In this document: positions 29,733-36,993 of the stretch, piece by piece
How positions within the stretch are numbered: position 1 is the stretch's first letter
How the letters are laid out: the number at the start of each line of letters is the position of its first letter
Virus record (IMG/VR): IMGVR_UViG_3300006735_000087
Coordinates: 1 to 36,993 of that record
DNA: 36,993 nucleotides
Strand: one strand, 5' to 3'
From: a virus
Taxonomy: Duplodnaviria; Caudoviricetes
The notes under the pieces: model-generated
Told to the model about the DNA's origin: nothing
Database searches by the model: none
Seen by the model: only the letters and a program-made list of their open reading frames with translations
Translations under genes and position numbers: made by a program

Positions 29733-30689
29733 TCACCACCTCGACCAATAGTGCTCGCCGCCCGGTAACCAAGCAGGGCAGTCTTCAGTAAAACTACACC
29801 AAGCGCATTTCTTTTGGTGCGGCTTTGGCGGAAAGTTGTCTGTAAAGTAAGCCTCTAATAATGCATCTACGTCTTTCTTCAGTTTATTTGAATATGATTC
29901 TGCTACCTTCTCATGCTTCCAACTGTCTATGAATCTGATACCTTCCATGTCCTCACCGCACGACCCATCAGGATAAAACCAGCCCCAGTGAGTTACATTC
30001 TGCAACGGGTGGTCTGCCATTTTGAGTAAATCAACATAGAATGCCATTTCTTTACGCATTCCACGGACTTTGAAAACATCATCTTTCCACTCTTTTTTTC
30101 TCCAATCCCATCTCTGTTTCCATTTACCCGTCTTCAATTCCATAAGGCTAATTGAGCCATCTTCATTCTCAAATCCTCGGTCAATCATACCTGCAAAGTG
30201 TATAGGGACAGTGTGTGTTTTACCATTGTGTACAAACTCACGCTCTGTGAATACATGTATTTCGTCTTCGTTGATGACTGGTAAGAAATGCTGACCCTGC
30301 GTGGCTTCTAGCCGATCTAACTCCCACTCTAGTCTTTTGAGTAGTATTTCTTCTTCTCCTAAAAGATAAGGTTCTTCGGGCTTAGGTAGACTTTTGACAA
30401 ACAGGGAGAATGCTTCTTCTCTATTCTTATCGTTGAGTAGTTTGAGAACCTTACCCAAGTTAGGTCTTACATAGACATAGAACTCCTCCATCGCATTGTG
30501 CACATTTGTACCCTTACGCATTGCGTCAGTTTCGGGTGTCTTTCTGTCCTCCCTACGCTTGAAATGATATTGCTGTGGACAGAAATCAAAATCGCTTGTC
30601 AAACTAGACTTAGTGATGCGAAGGTGCTTTTCATGTCCGGGTTCCCACTTGTATGTGGACTTCTTGTATGCTTCAAAATCCCTCGCCAT
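29733..30689 (-). CDS. Cas4-like / RecB-type PD-(D/E)XK exonuclease with 4Fe-4S cysteines
   Basis: FCP, GTNVH, GMIDR, ELKTGK, and C-terminal CAWC...CP. Start placed at ATG 30689 after GGTGA (the ORF track starts at 30722). Confidence 0.85.
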   Translation of the reverse strand: MARDFEAYKKSTYKWEPGHEKHLRITKSSLTSDFDFCPQQYHFKRREDRKTPETDAMRKGTNVHNAMEEFYVYVRPNLGKVLKLLNDKNREEAFSLFVKSLPKPEEPYLLGEEEILLKRLEWELDRLEATQGQHFLPVINEDEIHVFTEREFVHNGKTHTVPIHFAGMIDRGFENEDGSISLMELKTGKWKQRWDWRKKEWKDDVFKVRGMRKEMAFYVDLLKMADHPLQNVTHWGWFYPDGSCGEDMEGIRFIDSWKHEKVAESYSNKLKKDVDALLEAYFTDNFPPKPHQKKCAWCSFTEDCPAWLPGGEHYWSRW

Positions 30690-30698
30690 ATTATCACC
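30687..30698 (-). promoter_or_regulatory. Archaeal-type RBS plus start codon, GGTGATAATATG (identical copy at 33995-34006)
   Basis: The same 12-mer precedes the Cas4-like and PCNA-like genes. GGTGA is the typical archaeal Shine-Dalgarno core. Confidence 0.7.
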
Positions 30699-33048
30699 AA
30701 TACCTCTTTGGTCGTGCTGCACCCGAAGCCATTTCCAAGTCCCAATCGAGGGCTTTGAAGATAGGCTTTACTTTGGCTTTCACTAATTTGTCAACCATTG
30801 TCTCCCAATCAGGTTCAAAGCCTTCCAACTCAGATATGTCTTTGTAAGAAACAATTTTTGTGGGCGGTGCCCAATCAGGTGACGACACAACATACACCCA
30901 AGGAACACTGTCACCTTCATCAAAGTTGGGTTGGTTGAATCTTTCTGCCATGTGCTTATTGTAGTAAACTGCCGCCTTTGCCCCTAGTGTTGGTTGTTCG
31001 TATTTTTCTAATTTCTTAGAAATCCTAGTGACACCAGTCACATCTTTGAGTTCCGCATTGCCTTTCTTGATTTTCAAAGAAATAGGTCTTATGAAGTCTA
31101 TTACCTCTGATTCTGAAGCACCTTGACAAATCAAGGTTAAGGCATCTCGCTCTAAGTTTCGAGAGATAGGGGCAAGTGTAGATATCTTGCCGAATCGGGC
31201 TGACTTTGGCTTACCTTCATCTTCAGGAGGCCAAGAACAAATACCATAGTAGAGGTTTTTGCCCGCCACTAGCCAGTAAGGCATGTATGCCTCGAATTCT
31301 ACAATTAGATGACTAGCGTTAAGATCGATTTGTACTCTTTCTGTCAGATGCTTGGCTAATGCTGTGGCCTCATCAAATGGCACCTTTACGAATGCTGAAT
31401 CAGTGTGACCGTACAGGGCCTCGTAGCCCTGAGCCTCTGATTCCTCCATTAGGAACTTAATTGCCTCTCTACCACAGGCTGTGATGGCGTTGGCTATATC
31501 GAAGTCACACCAGCCCCAATAAGAACTGGCGACCATACCATACAGAGAAGCCATTACGCGCTTCGTCGCAAGTTGCATTGTATTCCAACCTGCTCTTTCT
31601 ATCGGAGTTTCTGCCTCTCTCATTCTGCGCTTATATTCATCACGCAGTTCAAACATTTCTTCTACAATCTGAGGCAAAAGCCCCTTCTTAGATTGACTCC
31701 AAGTAGTGCCATCGGGTAATTTGTGAATGCCTTCTTCTCCAGCCCTGTTTCTTTCTACTTGGGTTTCCCAAGATAAGTTGTGACTTAGAATGATGGAAGG
31801 GTATAGGCCCTTGTAGTCTACACAGGCTACACCTTCGTATCTGCCCGGTTTGGGCGGAGGGATGTAAGCCCCTTCGTAGTCCTGTTTCTCAACATCAGCG
31901 TTAGTAGGTGCTTTCCAGTGTGTGCGCCTACTAAGTAAGCCACGGGCGAACCTAGTGACGTTGTGACATGAAGTGAATGTTACACCACAGATACGCTGTA
32001 GTGACATGAAGAAACTCAAAACGTGGTTCTCTTCATCCATTCTTTTGAGTAACAAGGTATCTTGCATACAATAGTCGCAGTAATCATCGAATCTCTCTGT
32101 CCAACCAGTGAACACATCCATGTCGAATTTACCTCCGTAATTTAGCACATCTTCTCCCGTGATGTGGTCCAACTTTCGGCTGGCTAACTGTGGCTTACCA
32201 CTATCTTTCCATACACGCTCAAAGCCTGTACCGCTGTCATAGGGTGCCGCTGTATCAAAGCACAATCTACCTATGATCGGCTGGTCTGTGTACCTGTAAC
32301 CACGCTCATTCTTAGGCGGGCGTAATACACGACCAAGAGGGCTAAGTCGTCTAAACTCATCTAGTCTGCGGACTAGGTGTGGTAAATCTGCCCACATGAT
32401 TGCGTGGGCTACGAGTATGTCAGGGTTGCATTCTTCTAAGTAATCTAAAAAGGCACTGTGCATGGATTTCTCATCAGTGTAGAATAAACGCTCGTAACTG
32501 AACTCAGTATCTTCGTACTTTACATGGCGTACTTCTTTTCTAACAAAACCTTTGTCTTCTATTTTGGCCGTTTCTTCACTCCAACAGAATGTGACATTTC
32601 TGTTGTTGTAATTGTCTACGACGGACATCACAGTTGTGAAGTCTTCATCGGGATCCCATTCCAAGTCGAAGTGCCACACACGGGGTTTCCATTCAGGCAT
32701 CTCTTTGATTTCATCTATGAGATACCGGTCTGTTAGGCTCAAATCGGCCTCCCATGTTTTACCAAACTCCTTCTGCATGTTCCTTAAATCAGACTGCCTG
32801 TAAGCGTATACTTTCACCAAGTCTTCTTCCGTTTTCAATGCGACAGCAGTATCATTTCTATCTATACTACTGCCCGGATATCTATTCAGCACATTATTGA
32901 CTACACTATCACTAGTTTCTGCCCTAATCCAAAAGTAGGGTCTGAAGTTACCAATGTGTTCCTCTATGAGGTTACCTTCAGAGTCACGCCATCGTTTGTA
33001 TATGTGGGCATGGCCTTCAGGGTCAGGGTGGTATGAATTGATAATCAC
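30694..33048 (-). CDS. polB: Family B DNA polymerase with 3'-5' exonuclease domain
   Basis: ExoI FDLE, ExoIII YCMQD, motif A VDYKGLYPSII, motif B KRVMASLYG, motif C YGHTDS, and KNLYYG. Probable GTG start at 33048 after GGAGGAGG, overlapping the upstream stop. Confidence 0.95.
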   Translation of the reverse strand: MIINSYHPDPEGHAHIYKRWRDSEGNLIEEHIGNFRPYFWIRAETSDSVVNNVLNRYPGSSIDRNDTAVALKTEEDLVKVYAYRQSDLRNMQKEFGKTWEADLSLTDRYLIDEIKEMPEWKPRVWHFDLEWDPDEDFTTVMSVVDNYNNRNVTFCWSEETAKIEDKGFVRKEVRHVKYEDTEFSYERLFYTDEKSMHSAFLDYLEECNPDILVAHAIMWADLPHLVRRLDEFRRLSPLGRVLRPPKNERGYRYTDQPIIGRLCFDTAAPYDSGTGFERVWKDSGKPQLASRKLDHITGEDVLNYGGKFDMDVFTGWTERFDDYCDYCMQDTLLLKRMDEENHVLSFFMSLQRICGVTFTSCHNVTRFARGLLSRRTHWKAPTNADVEKQDYEGAYIPPPKPGRYEGVACVDYKGLYPSIILSHNLSWETQVERNRAGEEGIHKLPDGTTWSQSKKGLLPQIVEEMFELRDEYKRRMREAETPIERAGWNTMQLATKRVMASLYGMVASSYWGWCDFDIANAITACGREAIKFLMEESEAQGYEALYGHTDSAFVKVPFDEATALAKHLTERVQIDLNASHLIVEFEAYMPYWLVAGKNLYYGICSWPPEDEGKPKSARFGKISTLAPISRNLERDALTLICQGASESEVIDFIRPISLKIKKGNAELKDVTGVTRISKKLEKYEQPTLGAKAAVYYNKHMAERFNQPNFDEGDSVPWVYVVSSPDWAPPTKIVSYKDISELEGFEPDWETMVDKLVKAKVKPIFKALDWDLEMASGAARPKRYW

Positions 33049-33239
33049 TTTCCCTCCTCCAAGCATTCGCAATCATTACAGCCATTCTCACCTTGATAAC
33101 TCTTGCAATGTGGACAAAGTGGCTTACCCTTGTGATAAGGTATGTCTTTTCCACAGTTACATTGGTTTAGATTTATCAATAAGTTTTGTTCTGCAGGCCA
33201 CACATTACCTAAAGAATCTTTGATGTAATGAGACATCAT
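33045..33239 (-). CDS. Small Cys-rich Zn-finger protein
   Basis: CNC, CPHC and CNDCEC motifs; overlaps both neighbours. Confidence 0.6.
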   Translation of the reverse strand: MMSHYIKDSLGNVWPAEQNLLINLNQCNCGKDIPYHKGKPLCPHCKSYQGENGCNDCECLEEGK

Positions 33240-33997
33240 CAGTCCTCCTCATATTCTTGGTCCATCACAACTAACAGGAAACCAGTGTCACCTTGCTCTA
33301 TCACAAGCACCGTTTCATCTCCAGTGTGGAGATTGAGTGGGCCCGGTGGTAGATTAGACAGAAGTGCCGGTAACCAGTAGGCAAATGCTGAGTTGACTGT
33401 ATCGTTGTTGGATTCACAGTTAGTTACAGGTACACGCACAAACATCTTGCCTTTGGGCTTAGACCCTGCACTAACGACGAACTCTCCCGACGGATCGAAT
33501 GCTGTCTTGCAAGAGAATTTCCCCCCGATTACCTTGTCGAACTGCGCTGCTGGTGCAAAGTCCTCACCGTTGACTATACCATGACAATCTAAACTAAACG
33601 ATGCCCATTTCTGCCACATGTTCTTTTCACCTTCATTCACCAATCTCTCGATTAGAGGCAGTTGCTTCTGAGTAGTCAGGTATGATGATGTCGGCAACTG
33701 TAGCGTAGACTTACCACAGGCTACGTGTAACACCGATGTTTTACCCATCTGATTGATAGATACTTCACCAGTCTTGGTAGCCTTCAGAAACGCAAGTAGC
33801 CTAGAAACATCACTAACTGCTATATCTCCTGCTTCTGCTTCTCTGACGTTTATTCTACGCCTGATATAGTGGGTATCTTTACCCACTGCTGACTCGACAT
33901 AATCATCCTTTACTCTGAACACTATATCCGGTAAATCCTTTCCAAAACCAGTTATGAACTGACTTAGATCTTTGTTGTTTACTTTGAAACTTACCAT
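33239..33997 (-). CDS. Putative DNA sliding clamp (PCNA-like)
   Basis: 252 aa, the usual PCNA size, with a two-domain beta-alpha-beta pattern and C-terminal LHTGDETVLVIE...LLVVM. Co-located with PolB and an RFC-like gene. Highly divergent. Confidence 0.6.
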   Translation of the reverse strand: MVSFKVNNKDLSQFITGFGKDLPDIVFRVKDDYVESAVGKDTHYIRRRINVREAEAGDIAVSDVSRLLAFLKATKTGEVSINQMGKTSVLHVACGKSTLQLPTSSYLTTQKQLPLIERLVNEGEKNMWQKWASFSLDCHGIVNGEDFAPAAQFDKVIGGKFSCKTAFDPSGEFVVSAGSKPKGKMFVRVPVTNCESNNDTVNSAFAYWLPALLSNLPPGPLNLHTGDETVLVIEQGDTGFLLVVMDQEYEED

Positions 33998-34115
33998 ATT
34001 ATCACCTACACAGGTGGGGGAGGGTACGGCTCATCTCGTGGTGAGCCAGTGTGCCTCAGCCTCTAAGAGGAGGTCAGTACCCAATTACCTTACCAAGGAC
34101 CCCAAGTGTGTTGTA
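33998..34115 (-). ncRNA. Candidate structured cis-regulatory RNA (or DNA secondary-structure element) upstream of the clamp gene
   Basis: The only sizeable non-coding gap in the window. Nested inverted repeats: 34008-12/34107-11, 34015-19/34100-04, 34022-27/34077-82, 34028-33/34042-47, 34060-63/34067-70 and 34088-91/34095-98. Confidence 0.5.
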
Positions 34116-35132
34116 TCAAAGGACCCCTTCACGCAGTTCAGCAAGCCCATGCCATTGCGCAGGCTCACCTTTCTTAGTGACGAAGTATAGCCTCTCCTGA
34201 CCCTTTAGGTCAGAGTTGGTCTTTTCTTTGAAGAACTCTGCTGTGTGTCTGATTTCGCCTGTTTCCTTACCATCGTCACCACGCACTTTGTTAGCGTGGC
34301 ACCAAATGATTTGGAACAGGTCATTGTTTGCGCTCTTTTCCCATGCGAACTTCCAGCCATCGAATCCGACCTTGCCATCCTTGTCCTCTTTGAGGTGGGT
34401 TTCCCAGTATATGTCTACACCGAGAGCGTTTAGTTTCTGACAGAGTGCTGTCATTTGTTTGAACCTAGTGGACCTGATACTCCAGTTCCAGCCGATACCT
34501 TGGTTGACTTCAACCTTAGCAGCACCAATTGCGTCCTTTACATTATTATCCTCTAGATCGTATATCTTCATGTTGTTCATACATACTGAGTCCCATTGGT
34601 CCACAGATGTAATCAAAACAGTGTTAAGTTTTCTATCCTCAAAATCAGGCTTAGTCTGCTTCTCTGCATATTCTACAGCGAATCGCAGCAAATCCATCAT
34701 ACGACTGTGTGTCGCCGGATAGTCGTAAGCAGTGCTGTCGCCCGTTTGAAACACCCAAGGCGACCATACTCTAATGCGTTCATCTTCACCGGGGTAGTGT
34801 GCTTCCTTACAAGCCATAGCCCCGTTATCAAAGTCGTAGGCCCAAAGCATACCTTCAGGATATTTATGCATGTGGCCGTCAATCACTATACCGGACTTAC
34901 CAGTACCTTCATGTCCAACTACACCACACATTACCTTACTAGGCCTCATCCTGTTAGGGTTGGCTTGTTGTACAAACTCTGCCTCCAAGTCAGGGAAGTT
35001 GCTTTTAGAAACAGGAGCAGGTGCAGAGGCTTTCGCCTCTACAACCTGCTTGTCTACTTCTGCTGCTTCCGCTTGGAAGATCGCTTCTGCTCTCTCTTCA
35101 TCTTTCTTCTTCATTGCTCCAAATCCTGCCAT
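34116..35132 (-). CDS. RecA-superfamily P-loop ATPase (AAA_24 / Sak4-like recombination protein)
   Basis: GVVGHEGTGKS Walker A, YDFDNG, LITSVD (Walker-B-like) and YWETHLKE. ATG 35132 overlaps the upstream TGA. Confidence 0.7.
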   Translation of the reverse strand: MAGFGAMKKKDEERAEAIFQAEAAEVDKQVVEAKASAPAPVSKSNFPDLEAEFVQQANPNRMRPSKVMCGVVGHEGTGKSGIVIDGHMHKYPEGMLWAYDFDNGAMACKEAHYPGEDERIRVWSPWVFQTGDSTAYDYPATHSRMMDLLRFAVEYAEKQTKPDFEDRKLNTVLITSVDQWDSVCMNNMKIYDLEDNNVKDAIGAAKVEVNQGIGWNWSIRSTRFKQMTALCQKLNALGVDIYWETHLKEDKDGKVGFDGWKFAWEKSANNDLFQIIWCHANKVRGDDGKETGEIRHTAEFFKEKTNSDLKGQERLYFVTKKGEPAQWHGLAELREGVL

Positions 35133-36412
35133 CAATATTCATCTCCGCTGTTTCTAAATTGGTCTATGCTAGTGTCACCGCCCTTGGCACCCGGCCTCGC
35201 TGTACGAGATGGTACATAGATGCCGAATGCCGTCAGGCTTGGTGTGGTTTGGTCATTGTACATACTTAGGCGTACTCTACCAAAGATAATTACAGGTGTC
35301 TTCTCTGCATATGGTTGCCAATCTCCGTAGTTGTCTTTGAACTCGAATGGGTGACTGTCGTCGTAAACACGACCCGGTACCCATACTGTTACTTCAGACA
35401 TAGAAGAGTCCCTACCATACTTACGCTGCACACTAGGGCTGGTGACGCTGAGTCTGAATGCACGACCTGTTTGGTCATACTCGTTGTCAGATGGTTCCTT
35501 GTTCAGCCTGCTGACATATCCCTTAGTAATGATAGTCGGGCCGTAATAGTTACCGTTGTTACCCTGTATCTTGCGCTCATCATATGCTTCGCTTAACTCA
35601 TCTAATTCCACGAACGAATTGTGCATACCAGTGTTGACCAAGAATTTTTCAGGTCGTAGTAATATCCTGTCTTCTTCGTCTACGAAGGAATCGGTGTAAA
35701 CCATAGTCTTACCGAAGTCTCTGTTAGTATAAACCGTGTCCGAGCCTTCTTTCTTAGCCCTGATTACTTGACATGTAACTGGTCTGCCGAATTCGTATTC
35801 TTCAGTCATGTTGTTACCAGTTAATGATACACGCCAAACACTGATATCTTTGTTGAAATCCTCTTTGGCATTGCCAAGAAGATACAAGTTGCGCACTTTG
35901 CTTTCAGGTGCAATAGGTGTACCCTTCTCATTCATTAGACAGATAAGATCACCATCGACTTGTAGTCCAAACCAAGGTAATTTATCGCCGTCAATACGTT
36001 CCTTAGTTGGTTCACCGTTGACATGCCATACTCCATCCTTTGCCTTTACAATACCAATCAAGCCCTTATCTATGGCTTGGCTAGAGTTGTTTCTGTAAGC
36101 CGAAATTGCTGTGTTTCTAAGGTTCTCTCTGTAATCATTGATTTTGTCATCTATTCCTACAAACTGTCCTACGAATGTGACAGTTTCACGACTGCTACCA
36201 CTGCTACCTAGATTGCGTGTTTCAAGTGTAAACATCTCTGCCCACTCGACTAGCAAATCATCGTCTTCGTCTTGCCAATTATCTACAGCAAATTCCTTGC
36301 CTATCCAAGCAACGTATTCGTTTACTGCCTCTCCTATTCTTTTCTCTGTTCTCTCTGCATAACCTTGCAAGCGCTCTAGTGCGCCTTCCGGTAATTTTCG
36401 TTCTTCATTCAT
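35132..36412 (-). CDS. Putative single-stranded DNA-binding protein (RPA/OB-fold-like)
   Basis: 426 aa, acidic and beta-rich, with OB-like segments (IITKGYVSRL...VTVWVPG...VIIFGRVR). Lies between the clamp loader and the Sak4-like ATPase. Confidence 0.5.
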   Translation of the reverse strand: MNEERKLPEGALERLQGYAERTEKRIGEAVNEYVAWIGKEFAVDNWQDEDDDLLVEWAEMFTLETRNLGSSGSSRETVTFVGQFVGIDDKINDYRENLRNTAISAYRNNSSQAIDKGLIGIVKAKDGVWHVNGEPTKERIDGDKLPWFGLQVDGDLICLMNEKGTPIAPESKVRNLYLLGNAKEDFNKDISVWRVSLTGNNMTEEYEFGRPVTCQVIRAKKEGSDTVYTNRDFGKTMVYTDSFVDEEDRILLRPEKFLVNTGMHNSFVELDELSEAYDERKIQGNNGNYYGPTIITKGYVSRLNKEPSDNEYDQTGRAFRLSVTSPSVQRKYGRDSSMSEVTVWVPGRVYDDSHPFEFKDNYGDWQPYAEKTPVIIFGRVRLSMYNDQTTPSLTAFGIYVPSRTARPGAKGGDTSIDQFRNSGDEY

Positions 36413-36993
36413 ATTTTTTCCTCCTTGTTTTTCCTCAATTTTGCTACAAAGTAGTCTACAAAGGAATCATCATCGTCCGGCCACATATTTGCTAACAAAA
36501 TGAACTCTCCATAAGTCAGCATAAATGCATACCAATCTTCTTGACTTTCCTCCAGTAGAGTTCGCCCTCGGTGCCTCAGCCCTATTAGGGTTGCGACACG
36601 ACTATTCCCCTCTCTGAGGTTGGTTTTCAAGTGTAATGCTAATCGTTGATAGTTCTCACCGATGTAACTGAGTGCTGCCTTGTTTAGGCTCTCAGTGTTG
36701 CTTTTTAGTTTCTGTAAAAGGCCACCATCTGTCTTGGGTGTACCCTCTAAAATGTCGATACTTTGTCTCAAACTTCCGTTGGTCAAACGGTTCAACATAG
36801 TATACTGTTCTAACCATGGTTCCGGCAGGTTTTCTGCCGAATGTATCTGAGTTAATTTGTCTCTCGCCTCCTCGTCTGTGAGAGGCTTGAATCTAAATGT
36901 GAGGCATCTGTCTCTGATTGCTTTGTGTATCGGAGAGATGTCATTCGCTGTCAATATGAATATCGCAGTTCTGTGACTGTCCTCCATCACTTG
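36409..36993 (-). CDS. Replication factor C small-subunit-like clamp loader (5'-truncated by window end)
   Basis: ME...FILTAND.S.I..AIRDRC..FRFKPL (SRC-motif equivalent) and sensor-2 GSLRQSI. The frame stays open to the window edge, so the Walker motifs lie outside the window. Confidence 0.9.
   Translation of the reverse strand, partial: QVMEDSHRTAIFILTANDISPIHKAIRDRCLTFRFKPLTDEEARDKLTQIHSAENLPEPWLEQYTMLNRLTNGSLRQSIDILEGTPKTDGGLLQKLKSNTESLNKAALSYIGENYQRLALHLKTNLREGNSRVATLIGLRHRGRTLLEESQEDWYAFMLTYGEFILLANMWPDDDDSFVDYFVAKLRKNKEEKI

Noticed and set aside
29733-30689. CRISPR-Cas system suggested by the Cas4-like gene
   Set aside because: No repeat-spacer array or other cas genes are visible; solo Cas4-like nucleases are common in archaeal viruses.
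30694-33048. Inactivated PolB or pseudogene because of YGHTDS
   Set aside because: Full-length ORF with the motif A Asp, the TDS Asp and the exonuclease acidic residues retained.
33998-34115. tRNA, hammerhead or HDV-like ribozyme in the structured gap
   Set aside because: No T-loop GTTC or cloverleaf spacing. CUGAGGC does not match CUGANGA and there is no GAAA core. I could not build an HDV nested pseudoknot by eye.
34596-35219. 207-aa + strand ORF
   Set aside because: Antisense shadow of the ATPase gene, with no recognisable motifs.
24030-36993. Cellular archaeal chromosome origin of the replication genes
   Set aside because: The genes are divergent, compacted into one overlapping operon and adjoin tail-like genes, with no cellular housekeeping context. 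A provirus cannot be excluded from this window alone.

Overview
This window looks like part of a tailed archaeal dsDNA virus genome, most likely a 'magrovirus' infecting Marine Group II Euryarchaeota (Poseidoniales). That assignment is inferred from gene content: PolB, an archaeal-type primase, PCNA-like and RFC-like proteins, XPF, Cas4, a group II chaperonin and GGTGA/GGAGG ribosome-binding sites. Two dense gene blocks converge with no gap at 24029/24030. The + strand block (1-24029) is a putative virion tail/adhesion module: two tandem paralogous proteins with different inserted domains, a ~5,350-aa modular giant protein, a hub-like protein, a small adaptor, a fibre-like protein and a Zn-ribbon protein. 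The - strand block (36993 down to 24030) is a translationally coupled replication/recombination operon. In order it holds RFC-like (partial), SSB/RPA-like, Sak4/AAA_24-like ATPase, PCNA-like, Zn-finger, PolB, Cas4-like, PriS-PriL fusion primase, wHTH, XPF/ERCC4, MCM-like ATPase, a 53-aa Zn-finger missing from the ORF track, a degenerate RNase-H-fold protein and a thermosome-like chaperonin. The most unusual observations are (i) a structured 118-nt intergenic element whose alternative folds could expose or hide the RBS of the clamp gene, (ii) a PolB with non-canonical active-site motifs (YGHTDS, KRVMASLYG, DYKGLYPS), and (iii) domain shuffling among the tail genes. All calls come from reading motifs by eye; no searches were run.
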